Shown here in pieces: positions 13,490 through 25,562 of a stretch of DNA of 64,000 nt (positions are counted from its first letter, which is position 1; every line of letters begins with the position of its first letter). The translations under genes and the position numbers were made by a program. Source of the stretch: Felis catus (taxonomy: Eukaryota); assembly GCF_018350175.1 (NCBI RefSeq), contig NC_058373.1, positions 115,818,001 through 115,882,000 on the forward strand. Direction: 5' to 3'. The notes under the pieces are model-generated. The model searched no databases. It was not told where the DNA came from and worked only from the letters and a program-made list of their open reading frames with translations.

Positions 13490-14397
13490 ATAAAGTTAAA
13501 CTTCTATCCACCCTGTGTCCCAGCGATTCTGGCCCTAGGAAATTCCCCACAAAGACTTGTATGTGAATCTTCAGAGCAGTGTTATTCATGAAATTTATTC
13601 CACAAACTGGGAATAAACAACCAGTCCTTAATAGCTGAATGGTTAAAGAAACTGGCATATTCATCCAGTGGAATAATCCCTCATAAGTCAGAACTAACTT
13701 TTGATCCATGTAAGAACATGGATTTATCTCACAGGTATGATGATGACAGAAACAATCAGGCCAAAGGAACTGAATACATGATTTAATTTGAATGAATTCT
13801 AGAATAGTCTAGAATAGGCTGTAATTTACGGAAATAGAATTTAAATCAGTAGTTTCCTGATGTGGCTGATGTGGCAATGGAGGAACGGAAGGAACTTTCT
13901 GGAGTGATAGGAAACTTCTGTATCTTCATTGAGGTGCTCTATGGATTCAATGTTTGTGTCCCTGCAAAATGCATAGGTTGAAATCCTAAGCCCAAAGGCG
14001 ACGGTATTAGGAGCTGGGGCCTTTGGAACGTCTTTAGGTCATGAAGGTGGAGCCCTCACGAATGGGATCAGTGTCTTTATAACAGAGACCCCGGAGAGCT
14101 CTCTCACCCCTTCTGCCATGTGGCTTCACAGCAAGAGGTGCCATCTGTGAAGCAAGAAGCCGTTCTCACCAGACAATAGATGTGTGGTTGACTTGATCTT
14201 GGACTTTGTATCTCCACAAGTGTGAGAAATAAAGTTCTCTTGTTTGTTCGTGAGTTTGACACACAGTCTAAGGTATTTTGTTATAGTGGCCCAAACAGGC
14301 TAAGGTAGGGTGGTGGTTATAAATCAAAAGTCATCAAGATCCACTTTGAAATCTGTGTATTTTATTGTATGCTAAGTATACCTCAAAAAAAAAAAAA
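13490..14397 (+). mobile_element. Ancient L1M 3' end interrupted by an MLT1-type MaLR LTR (~13935-14308)
   Basis: L1M 3'UTR motifs ending tatacctcaaaaaaa; MaLR motifs (atgtttgtgtccc..tattttgttatagtggccc). Confidence 0.7.
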
Positions 14398-17010
14398 GCA
14401 TATGTCTTGTATGCTATGTATATTTCATTGTATGCTAAGTATAGAGGTATAACTGATGTACAATATTACATTCGTTTCAGGCATACACCAGAGTGATTTG
14501 ACAATAAATAAAATAAAATAATTATTACATATTTCTCTTTCCACTTTCAAGGTAATCAAGGGAGAAGAGAGAAGTTACCATGTTATTAGACAAACTTCAC
14601 AGTCTGTCACTGTCACCTTATATATGAAAGGATATTGTAATGAGACATATTGAGTATTCCTAGGAAACTACTGGAATGATAATCTCTCTCTCCTAAAGGA
14701 CCCCCATGCTTTTTTTTTCCAAGTAAAAAAACAAATAGTATTTGGATATTGGCATCTTTATTCCCATTTACCAGAAATTGTTCAAAGAACATGAACGATT
14801 TATCTACTGATCAGAAAAAAAAAGTTTTATAACCTGAAAACATGTTTACTCACTATGAGCTGTAAATTGATTAAATCGGAGATTTCGGTGAGTTTTTTTT
14901 GTTTGTTTGTTTGTTTGTTTTTAGCAGTAAATAAATATCCAAAGCTGCAAACCACTTAGGAAGCCATCAATTATGTATTTCCTACACTTCTGAAAACCTT
15001 TCTTCTGGAATCAATCTTTGCTTTTATTTTCAAAGTATGACTACTATAAATGATCACATTCATTAGCCTGCCACCTAAAAAGCATTAGCCATTAATTTGT
15101 GGAATGAACAAATAAGCAAGTTTTCTTGTGTTCTTGAAGTACAATATAGTTCCTTCACTTAAGTGCAGGATGCAGGAAGTATAAACTCCTAATGTGAATC
15201 CACCTGTACTCCACAATGAGGGCACTGAGGTCTAGACAAGGGCAGTGACCTGGCCAAGGTCACACAGCAAGCAGAACCCAGGTCTCTGACCCTCAGTTCA
15301 GAGAGGCCTGGGGTTCAGAGATAGGTCTCCTCTATCCCCAACTGGCAGAGAAGTGAACCTAGGACAAGACAGATATCCAACCTGGGGCAGTGGCAGACCT
15401 GAACATTTTGGAAATGCCCTGAGGGCTCTGACTGCCTCATACACACAGCCTGGAATGGAAAGGTGTAAGATGGGCCTGAGGGAACAGCCATACCAGGAGT
15501 AGGAATGACTCTTGCCCCATGGCCCGGAGAGGGGACATGAAGATGGCCTGGCAGGGCTACTGGGTGGAGGTGGGATGAGCAGATGGCTATGGCTTTTGGG
15601 CCATCAACACTTGCTCAAATTCCACTACCTGAGTGTGACTGTTGCCACTGAGCCAGGGGTCATATATCCCCAAATCTCTCTTTCTTCACCCTGTCCATCA
15701 TAGCAAGCCTCACCAGTGATTGGCTATGTTTCCTGCTTTGTCCACCTCTGTTCTTAGACTGTGAGTTTTCCAAGTCAGGTTAGTTCTTTGCTCCTAGCAC
15801 CCAGCATGGGTCCCAGCCCAAATAGATAGATATCTGGTGAATGTTCAGGATAAACCAGAGGTATGAGTACTAATGGTAGAATTTGAGGCACACAGATATG
15901 GCTATTCCTCGTGGAGACAGTCCTCTTCAGGAGGACCACACACAGTTCTGGGCTTACCTGCAGAATTGAGAGGCACAGCTATCCCCATAGGGGTGGGGCC
16001 AAGGTGGAGGAAAGAGGGTGCCCAAGGGCTGTGAGAGGGCCTTGGGAGAATATGAAGATAGGTGCTCCACTGGGCAGAGAGCAAACTGGCCCTGGGCTTG
16101 GACCTGGGGGTACAGCAGAGGGCAGGATGGTGGATAAGGTCCTCACAGAATTCAGTCCAGTGGAGAGGACAGATGACAAATGAGAAAAGCAGCCAACAGA
16201 GGATGCCAGGCGTTGGGGAGGACATTTCAGCAAGACATGAGGTCTAGAAGAAGCTGCAGTGCAGGGGGGACAGCGCCCTAGGCCAAGGGCACAAAGGCCT
16301 GCATGTCAGGAACCCCCAGTGCAGTGGTAGCAAAATGAATGGGGTGGTGGGCTGAATCTGGTGAGGGACACATGGGGCCTCTCAGAGGTGGCAAGGAGAG
16401 TCCCCAAACTTAGGGTGCTTGAAAGGATCCTGGGTGTCCTATCTTGGCCACCATCCTCTTGGGTCAACAATCCTGATATAGCTATACCTCCTAACTGGGC
16501 AGGGCTAGGCAGGTTTGGAATGCAGTGGGCCTGGAATATTCCCCTGGAGGTGGTGCCTCTATCATCATCACCTTCTTTGTGGCAGCTGCCCTTACTGACT
16601 GCCCCCACATGTCAGAGTGTCATGACCAGGTGGTGGAGACAGGCAGAGGGCACCAAAGGACCTGCCTAAAAGTCACAAGGGCAGCAGCAGGACTCATGCC
16701 TGCATACCACTTCAAGGGGTCCTTACTCAGGATTTGGGGGCAAGGTTTAAGTTACAGCTTTTAGCTTTGCCCAGGACAAAGGCTCCTCTCACCTATGTTC
16801 TGGATCTAGTAGGAGTCTGCCGGCCTGCAGCTTACAAGTCACATGCGTCCTTGGCTCTGGCAGGTGCCTGAACCAGCCTCCAGAGCCCAGTGGCCAGGAG
16901 ACCTACACCTGCCCAAACCCTCTATACTTGAGGCTCCCCCTTTCCAGCCTGTAACATGGTGAGCCCTTCCCCCCCAGGTAGTGCTCTGCAAGGCTGGGCT
17001 GCAGGGATTT

Positions 17011-17141
17011 AATTTTATTTTATTAAAGTATAGTTGACATACAATGTTACATTGGTTTCAGGTGTACAACAGTGAGATGACAAGTACATACAACACAACA
17101 TCTATGCTCACCACAAGTGTAGTTACCATCTGTCACCATAC
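17011..17141 (-). mobile_element. Short L1 3'-end insertion
   Basis: TSD ctgggctgcag(g/t)gattt at 16994 and 17142. Confidence 0.8.
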
Positions 17142-17169
17142 CTGGGCTGCAGTGATTTTAAAAATCACA

Positions 17170-19505
17170 ATTTGCAAAGCTCAGTGTTCCTTGAAAGGCC
17201 AAGTGAGCCCCAGAGCAACTCTCCCTATCTCCTTACCTTACTCCAATGGGAACAGATCACCTTGGACAGGGTCTTGTGTCAGGGTCTCCAGTAGCTTGAT
17301 GTGGTCTGATCCTCTAAATCACTGGCAAATTCAGAGCTGGAGAGGAATTGGTTCCAGCGAATCCAGCCTTCCCAGGCCCCCCCAAAGATCAATGGGAAAA
17401 CTGCTATCCATGGATAAAAACAGATTTGGGAGACTCCTAGAGTCCACGTAGAAAGTTTTAGCAACACTGGGGAACAACAACAACAACAACAACAACAAAA
17501 CTCAGAATAATCATACAAGAAGAGAAGTAAGTCTTCATTTTGCCTGCATCATCCCCTCCCACGCCAGCATTGTTCAGCACCAAGGAAGGACTTCCAAACT
17601 AGAAACTTTTCCTCTTACCAGCAAAAGAAGAACAGAGTGAGTGAACAGCTTCTCCAGCCTCATGGGGCAGTGCACAAAGGTCCCACCTTAGTTTCATTCC
17701 ACCTAGACCAGCAAAGTTAACACATAATGAGCTGACTAGAAGCAAGGAGGAAAAGAAGAGGCTATTATTAGCAGACGCACAGTAGGAACAATGGTGGTTT
17801 ACAAATACCTGCTTTGCAAACAAACTCAGATTTGGCCACTCATGAAGCCAGCCACCTACTCAGACTCCATGGACTCACTGTGGATCTTGCCAACTTTCTC
17901 CCCCCAGATATTTGCACTTACTGACACCAGCCTCCTTGTTCTCTCCCCCTGTCCCCAGTGGAGACCAAGAGGACCAAGAGCCATGCCTGCAGCCAAATCA
18001 CACTTCTTTAACCATACAAGTATAAGTGCTGGAGTCCCATCAGCATTCCAGCACTTGGGCTTAGCCTCTTTAGCTGTACCTGCATACCACAGGCCTGATG
18101 CCCATCATTGGCCTCCACTGCAATGTGCACGCCTAGGGGGAGAGTGGGTAGCCACAGGTGAGTGCACAATATCTAGCCCTTTCCTCTACAGCTGCTTGCA
18201 GGTCTAGACTAGGCCCTGCTTCTCTCATTGGCTGGTACCACCATGCCCACCAGTAGCTATTCTCTCCAGCTGTATACCTACACACCCCCAGCCCAACACC
18301 CATCACTGGCCTCAGTGTGGTGTGTATACTTGGGGAGACAGAAACGCCTCAGAGCTGCCAGTCAGTCCATAGTTGGCCCCACTCCTTGCTACCTGCCCTG
18401 GTCCTCATCACTAAAAGCATGTCTGCAAAAGGCATCTGCCACTGCATTGGTACCTACAGCTTTCCCCACAACTGAGGGTGTGCACATCACTGGCTCTGGT
18501 AACCCTTACTGCCTTCCCTGGTCCCTAGCTACCAGACCTGGAGGTACCACTAAGGAACTCAACAACTTTGCAGCTCCTGTACTTGCCAAGGACTGCATAG
18601 TTGGCAATGCTGTGAACTTCAGTGGCCGAAGCTGAGGAGACATCAGGTCCCCCCGCCCCCAGACCCAGTGAGAGCCATCACATATTCCCCTACTTGGCAC
18701 CCAGGTCACACAGCATGATCTCGTGTGCCATCCACCTGAAGGTGAAAGGCTTCCCATACTAAACTCAGTCCATGATGTCTGGAAGAGGTGACTGCATCTT
18801 CAAATGTACTGACACCTGTGAAAGTCTGCATGGATCACGAATATTCAGGAATATGTGTTTCCTCCAAAGAAATACAGTAAACCTCTAGTAACTGGCTCCA
18901 AAGAAATGGAGATCTAGGAATTGTCTGACAAGGAATTCAAAATAATTGTTAAACAGGTGCTCAGAGAATTACAAGAGAATACAGATAAACCATTCCACGA
19001 AATCAGAAAAAATAATGCGAAAACAAAAGAAGTTCAACAAAGAGAGAAAACAAAAAGGAACAAAACAGAAATATTGGAGCTGAAGAATACAACACTGACC
19101 TGCAGAACAGAGAGCTTCAGCAGGAAACCTGGACAAGCAGAAAGGGAATCAGTGAACTCAAAGACAGTTCAATTCAAACTAACCAATCAGAGAAGAAAAA
19201 CATGAATGAAAGGGAAAAAAGAAGGCCTACAGGAATTACAGGACATCATCAAAAAAAGAAAGAAGGAAGGAAGGAAGAAAAGGGGAGGGGAGGGGAGGGA
19301 AGGGAAGGAAAAAAGACAATGTACACATCATTAGAGTCCCAGAAGAAAAACAGAGAGAGAAGGGGTAGAAATTTATTTAAAGTAATCATGACTGAGAACC
19401 TCTCAAACTCGGGGAGAGATTTGGATGTCCAAGTTCATGAAACTAATATGTTGCCTCAAAATCTCAGTGCAAATGTTCTTCTATAAGATACATAATCATT
19501 AAACT
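17170..19505 (+). mobile_element. Old L1 5'UTR and ORF1 remnant
   Basis: ORF1-like peptides (SDKEFKIIV..LRELQENTDK; NLFKVIMTEN) in broken frames. Confidence 0.7.
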
Positions 19506-19519
19506 GGTTCATAGGGTAG

Positions 19520-20225
19520 GCATAATTTTAATTAAAAAAAATCAGTATCTTCCACACTGGTTGTGCTGCACCACAGTCCCACCAGACACATACATGAGTT
19601 TCAGTAGTTCCACATCCTCACCCAAACCAACGACTCTTGCGCATGCCAGGGGATGAGAAATAGTATCTCATTCCATTTGCAATGTGCATTGCCCTGATAA
19701 CTAATGATGTTATGTGTCACTATTATGTTTATTGGACACATCTATATTTTTTGTTATGAAGTGACAGTTCAAGTCTTTCTTGTCTATTTTTGTATTGGGC
19801 TATTTGTCTTAGTGTTATTGAATATAAGAGTTCTTCAAATACTTTGGATACACATTTCTTCGTTCTTATGTGTTGTGCACAAGTATTCTCTTCTGGTTTA
19901 AGGCTTCCTATTCGTTTTGTGAATGGTGCCTTTTAAGGAGCTGATGCTTTTCATTTTTATGAATCCCAATTTATCATTTTTGTTATCATTAATACATATT
20001 ATGTCCTAAAAAATCTTTGTTTAATCTGTTACTAAGAATATTTGTCTTATTAAAATTTCTAGAAAGGTAAGCATCTTAGCCATTGCATGTAATTGTAAGA
20101 TCCTCCCCCCGTTAATTTTTGTGTATGGTAAGGATAGGAGTTGAGGCTAATTTTTTTCCTATATAAACAGCCAGTTTTCCTACCACTTTTTGTTATAGAC
20201 TATGCTTTCCCTATTAAATTATCTT
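19520..20225 (-). mobile_element. Old L1M ORF2 remnant
   Basis: Degenerate reverse-strand L1 ORF2 C-terminal motifs. Confidence 0.6.
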
Positions 20226-20294
20226 GGGGCATGTATTAGTTTTCCATTGCAATTGTAAAAATTACCATATCCTTGCTGCTTTAAAATAGGAAAT

Positions 20295-21843
20295 TTATTT
20301 TATTTTTTTCCATTTAAAAAGGTTATTTTATTTGCATAGTATTTTTGTAAAGATTTTTTTAGTAATTTTTTTTTTCTTTTCAAATTTTTTAAATTCCAGT
20401 TAGTTAACACACAGTGTGATACTGATTTCAGGAGTAGAAGTCAGTGATTCATCACTTACATACAACCCCAGTGCTCATCATAACAACTGCCCTCCTTAAT
20501 ACACATCTCCCACCTAGCCCCTCCCTGACCCACCTCCCTCCATCAACCCTCAGATTGTTCTCTATCTTTAAGAGTCTTCTATGGTTTGTTTCCCTCTCCC
20601 TTTTTTCTTTGTTTCTCCTTTCCAACTGTTTATCGGTTTCTTAAATTCCACATAGGAGTGAAATCATATGATATTTGTCTTTCTCTGACTGATTTATTTC
20701 ACTTAGCATAATACCCTCTAGTTCCATCCACCTTGTTGCAAATGGAAAGATTTCATTCTCTTTGATGGCTGAGTAATATTCCATTGTATATGTGTATATA
20801 CATATATACCACATTTTCTCTATCCATTCATGAGTCAATGGACATTTGGGCTCTTTCCATAATTTGGCTATTGTTGATAATGCTGGTATAAACATTGAGG
20901 TGCATGTACCCTTTCAAATCTGTATTTTTGTATCCTTTGGGTAAATATCTAGTATTGCAACTGCTGCATTATAGGGTAGTTCTACTTCTAACTTTTTGAG
21001 GAACCTCCATACCGTTTTCCAGAGTAGCTGCACCAGTTTCCATTACCACCAACAGTGTAAGAGGATTCCCATTTCTCCACATCCTCACCAACATCTGTTG
21101 TTTCCTGTGTTGTTGTTTTTAGCCATTCTGACAGGTGTGAGATGATATCTCATTGTGGTTTTCATTTGTATTTCCCTGATTATGAGTGATGTTGAGCATC
21201 CATTCATGTATCTGTTAGTCATCTAGATGTCTTCTATGAAAAAGTGTCTATCCATGTCTTCTGCCCATTTCTTAACTGGATTATTTGTTTTTGGGTGTTG
21301 AGTTTGATAAGTTCTTTATGTATTTTGGATATTAACCCTTTATCATTTGCAAATGTCATTTGCAAATACCTTCTCCCATTCCAAAGGTTGCCTTTTAATT
21401 CTGATGATTGTTTCCTTTGCTGTGTAGAAGATTCTTATCTTGATGAAGTCCTAATAGTATATTTTTGCTTTTATTTCCCTTGCCTCAAAGATGAATCTAA
21501 TAAGTTGCTATGGCCAATGTCAAAGAGGTTACTGCCTGTGTTCTCCTCTAGGATTTTGATGATTTCCTGTCTCACATTTAGCCCTTTCATCCATTTTGAA
21601 TTTATTTTTGTGTATAGTGTAAGAAAGTTGTCCAGTTTTATTTTTCAGCATGTTGCTCTCCAGTTTTCCCAACACCATTTGCTGAAAAGACTGTCTTTAT
21701 TCCAGTGGATACTCTTTGCTGTTTTGTTGAAGATTAGTTGACCATATAGTTGTAGGTCCATTTCCGGGTTTTTCATTCTGTTCCATTGATCTATATGTTT
21801 GTTTTTGTGCCAGTACCATACTGTCTTGATAATTACAGCTTTT
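20295..21843 (-). mobile_element. Carnivore L1, 3' ~1.5 kb, ending at the duplication breakpoint
   Basis: ORF2 C-terminal peptides ([17 protein letters not shown]), 3'UTR, T-rich tail at 20295-20390. Confidence 0.9.
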
Positions 21844-22268
21844 TCATCATCATACCTGTGAGATAAATCCATATTCTTACATGGATCAAAAGTTAGTTCT
21901 GACTTATGAGGGATTATTCCCCTGGATGAATATGCCAGTTTCTTTAACCATTCAGCTATTAAGGACTGGTTGTTTATTCCCAGTTTGTGGAATAAATTTC
22001 ATGAATAACACTGCTCTGAAGATTCACATACAAGTCTTTGTGGGGAATTTCCTAGGGCCAGAATCGCTGGGACACAGGGTGGATAGAAGTTTAACTTTAT
22101 AAGAAACTATTATCATACACGCTAATTTTTCTACTTATGGCCTCTATTTACTCCTTCTTTCCATCAATCACCTGAAGTGCATTCAGTTGTTATGAAGTAT
22201 GAGAGAATCTAATTCTCTCCTCAAAATTCTTTTAAGAAGCTTCCACTCTCCTCTCCATCCTTTGTTTT

Positions 22269-22303
22269 CTCTTTTCCTTAATTTTTTTAAATGTTTGTTT
22301 ATT

Positions 22304-22344
<41 letters not shown>

Positions 22345-22486
22345 AGCAGGGGAGGGACAGAAAGAGAGGGGGCCAGAGGATCCAAAGCGGGCTCTGTGCT
22401 GACAGCAGAGAGCCTGACGTGGGGCTCAAACTCACGAACCGCAAGATCATGGCCTGAGCCGAAGTCAGACACTTAACCAACTGAGC
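22269..22486 (-). mobile_element. CAN-SINE upstream of ADAM4-like B (paralogue of 13117-13322)
   Basis: Same TSD and same 5' truncation point as the left-arm copy. Confidence 0.92.
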
Positions 22487-22919
22487 CTCCATCCTTTGTT
22501 TTAATTACATGTTGATCCCTGATGTCATTTAGGTTTGAGAAAGAAAAGTCCTTCGCTCACTTAAAATTCCACCAAATGCCCTTATTCTTCCCCTGTGACT
22601 TCTCCAAGAGACCATGGGACCTTTCAGCCCAGGTATACACACTGTTGTTCCCAATTCCTCCCATTTGTCCTCTTCTCTAGGTCCCCTGTGCTAGGACACC
22701 CAACTCACTGAGCACAGCACCCCCCCCCCCACCCTTAATGAGCACACCATTATTATGTAATAGCTTCCCCTCCCTCCTCCACCTGTCTGGCCTCTGCCCA
22801 GCCCCCAGTCTCTCTCTGGTCTCCTCAGGACTCCACTGCCAGGAAAGCTGCTGTTTCAGGGATCACCTTGCCTGCCCCCCACCTGACTGCATCTTCTGTG
22901 GTCACAGGCTCCCTCACTC

Positions 22920-25154
22920 ATGGGGCCTGCCTGGGCCCAGGCCCACTTGACGGGTGATCTCTGGCTGCCTCTGCTCTGGCTACTCTTGTCCCCGGTCTGC
23001 TGCTCCCATGCCCTCCCGGGATGGCGCTTCGCTTCCTCTGAAGTTGTGATCCCCAGGAAGGTGTCCCACAGGGTGAGTGGAGCTGAGAGACAAGGCCAAC
23101 TTTCCTATAAGATCCACTTCAGAGGCCAAAGACATGTGGTTCACATGAAAGTCAAGAAGAGCTTGCTGCCCAAACATTTTCCTGTTATCACCGACAATGA
23201 TCAAGGTGCCATGCAGGAGGACTACCCGTTTGTCCCTCGAGACTGTTACTACCACAGCTACCTGGAAGGGGTTCCTGGGTCCATGGGCACACTGGACACC
23301 TGCTACGGGGGTCTGCATGGCATGCTGCAGGTGGATGACTTCACTTATGAAATAAAACCATTGGAGGCTTCTTCCAGATTCGAGCATGTGATTTCTCTAC
23401 TTGTGTCAGAAGGAAGACCGTCAGAGTCTCAAAGGTGTAAGATTGAAGAACAATCTACAAATCAGGCATTTGAAGAGGCAATACTTTCCGGAGCTCCTAG
23501 GGCAGCCCCCGTTTATTTGTGGTGGCCACATAAGAAATATTTAAAAATTCACTACACGGTTTCTAACACGTTAACTGTACGGAATACTAATTACACTCGT
23601 ATAATTGAAAATGTAGTGATTTTGAACAACATATTACATACCATTTACAAACCTAGTCTCCTAGATGTCAACATACGTGCTTTGTGCATATGGGATGGAA
23701 TGGACAGGATTAATTTTTATGAGTTCTCGACTATTCAAGCAGCTATAACTGAATATGGTTTGTGGAAGTTCTATGCTTTGTATGATGCAATTCGTCATGA
23801 TACCTCAATACTTCTTACAGGACATAGACTCTTTGGGGCCTTATATTATGCCCACCACAATGGAATGTGCAACCCCAACTGGGGAGCAGCATATGTATGT
23901 GTAACAAATTATCACATATTTTTAGCTGCAGCTATTTCAGCACATATAGTAGGTCATAGTTTGGGCATCCGACATGATGTACCCGGTTGTCATTGCTTTC
24001 GAAGAGAACACTGTGTCATGTCTCCAGTACCTGGTTTATTGGATATGATGAGCAATTGTTCTTATGCAAGTTTGCATCACCGGATTTCTGGTTGGGATCC
24101 TTGTTTGAGCATACCAAATGTCCCATACAGAAATTTTCCTTATGTAGCTGCTCGTTGTGGTGACCTAATTGTAGATCGGAACGAACAATGTGATTGTGGC
24201 TCCTTAAAACAATGTTCTAAGAATAAGTGTTGCAAGACCAATTGTGTCCTTTTCCGTGGCAGTGATTGCAGTGAAGGACCCTGCTGTGTTAAGTGCAAAT
24301 TTGCTCAACCTGGAACGATTTGCAGAGACCAACTTGGTATTTGTGATCTGCCAGAATACTGTGATGGGAAAACGCATAATTGTCCAAATGACGTGTATAC
24401 CCAGGATGGAACCCCATGTTCAGCATTAGCTGTTTGTGTGAGAGGAAACTGTAGTGACCGTGACATGCAGTGTCAATCCCTTTTTGGCTTCCAAATTAAA
24501 GATGCTTCACCAGAGTGTTACGAACATTTGAATATACTAGGTGACCGATTTGGCAACTGTGGAGTGAGGGTGTCACAAGGAGGAGGAAGACCTTTTAAAT
24601 GCGAAGAAGATAATGTTCTTTGTGGAATGCTGCACTGTAGTAATGTCCATGAAATTCCTGGTGGAGGTGAGCACACTACATTTCGTCATATAATAATACC
24701 AGGTGTTACAGAAGAAAAATGCTTTGGATATGACACACACCATGGGACAGATACGCCAGAAATGGGGCTTGTAGTGGATGGTGCAACATGTGGCCCAGGA
24801 AAATACTGTTTGAAACAGAATTGTACTTTTTACGAAGACATGGGTTTTGACTGCGATGTCAAGACATGCAACTTCAGAGGGGTGTGCAACAACAAGAAAC
24901 ATTGTCACTGTATGAAAGGTTGGAAACCGCCATCGTGTGATGAGAGAGGATTGGGTGGTAGTATAGACAGTGGCCCCCCACCTGACAGAGAAGTAGGTCT
25001 CACACCCAAAATAATTGTGAAGGTAAACAAGGCAGTACTTCTACTGACTCTTCGCTTAATTCTTTTTGTGACTTCAATCATCATTGGTAGGTTTCATCAT
25101 TTAGAAGAGATACCAGAAGAGGAGAGACAAAGAAAACCCCCTAAACGCAAGTAA
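22920..25154 (+). CDS. ADAM4: ADAM4-like protein, copy B (744 aa, intronless, predicted non-catalytic)
   Basis: Same architecture as copy A and colinear without indels to codon 699. Zn motif [12 protein letters not shown]; distinct TM/tail ending RKPPKRK. Confidence 0.88.
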   Translation: MGPAWAQAHLTGDLWLPLLWLLLSPVCCSHALPGWRFASSEVVIPRKVSHRVSGAERQGQLSYKIHFRGQRHVVHMKVKKSLLPKHFPVITDNDQGAMQEDYPFVPRDCYYHSYLEGVPGSMGTLDTCYGGLHGMLQVDDFTYEIKPLEASSRFEHVISLLVSEGRPSESQRCKIEEQSTNQAFEEAILSGAPRAAPVYLWWPHKKYLKIHYTVSNTLTVRNTNYTRIIENVVILNNILHTIYKPSLLDVNIRALCIWDGMDRINFYEFSTIQAAITEYGLWKFYALYDAIRHDTSILLTGHRLFGALYYAHHNGMCNPNWGAAYVCVTNYHIFLAAAISAHIVGHSLGIRHDVPGCHCFRREHCVMSPVPGLLDMMSNCSYASLHHRISGWDPCLSIPNVPYRNFPYVAARCGDLIVDRNEQCDCGSLKQCSKNKCCKTNCVLFRGSDCSEGPCCVKCKFAQPGTICRDQLGICDLPEYCDGKTHNCPNDVYTQDGTPCSALAVCVRGNCSDRDMQCQSLFGFQIKDASPECYEHLNILGDRFGNCGVRVSQGGGRPFKCEEDNVLCGMLHCSNVHEIPGGGEHTTFRHIIIPGVTEEKCFGYDTHHGTDTPEMGLVVDGATCGPGKYCLKQNCTFYEDMGFDCDVKTCNFRGVCNNKKHCHCMKGWKPPSCDERGLGGSIDSGPPPDREVGLTPKIIVKVNKAVLLLTLRLILFVTSIIIGRFHHLEEIPEEERQRKPPKRK

Positions 25155-25267
25155 ATACTAACTGGAATGCACCAGATGGGGAAAATCACATTGGCGTATA
25201 TAAGGAGAAATGATCAATAATGTGATAATTACATAATCTTATAGCCATTCTGAAATTGTCATCTGAA

Positions 25268-25273
25268 AATAAA
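25268..25273 (+). terminator. Putative polyadenylation signal AATAAA of ADAM4-like B
   Basis: ~115 nt after the stop; homologous to the copy A signal, with GT/T-rich sequence downstream. Confidence 0.6.
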
Positions 25274-25562
25274 ATGGCAATTTTAAAAAGTTCTGTGTGT
25301 TTAAATTTATTTAACGTTTCCTGTCTAGTCATATTCTTATTATTATTAGAGATGATAGTAGAGACTCTTAGATTCATTAACAAGAAGACTAGTACTCTTC
25401 TAAGATGTGGATTCTAACATTTTATAGACGCCTGCATAGCAAATCTTGTTTGCTCTGGTATGCACTGGTTTTAACGAGTTATTGGACCATTTCCCAATTG
25501 GCTATATCCTAGACTATTGTTCTTTGTTCATTTTATTGATACTGTTAAACAAATAGCACTTA

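Larger units (their letters stand above)
9611..13746 (-). repeat. Left arm of inverted segmental duplication containing ADAM4-like A
   Basis: Reverse complement aligns to 21844-~26128. Inner end is exact (13746 pairs with 21844); outer end is approximate. Confidence 0.93.

Noticed and set aside
25134..25154. C-terminal KPPKRK as a di-lysine ER-retrieval signal
   Set aside because: Lys at -3 but Pro at -4 and -5; does not fit KKxx or KxKxx.
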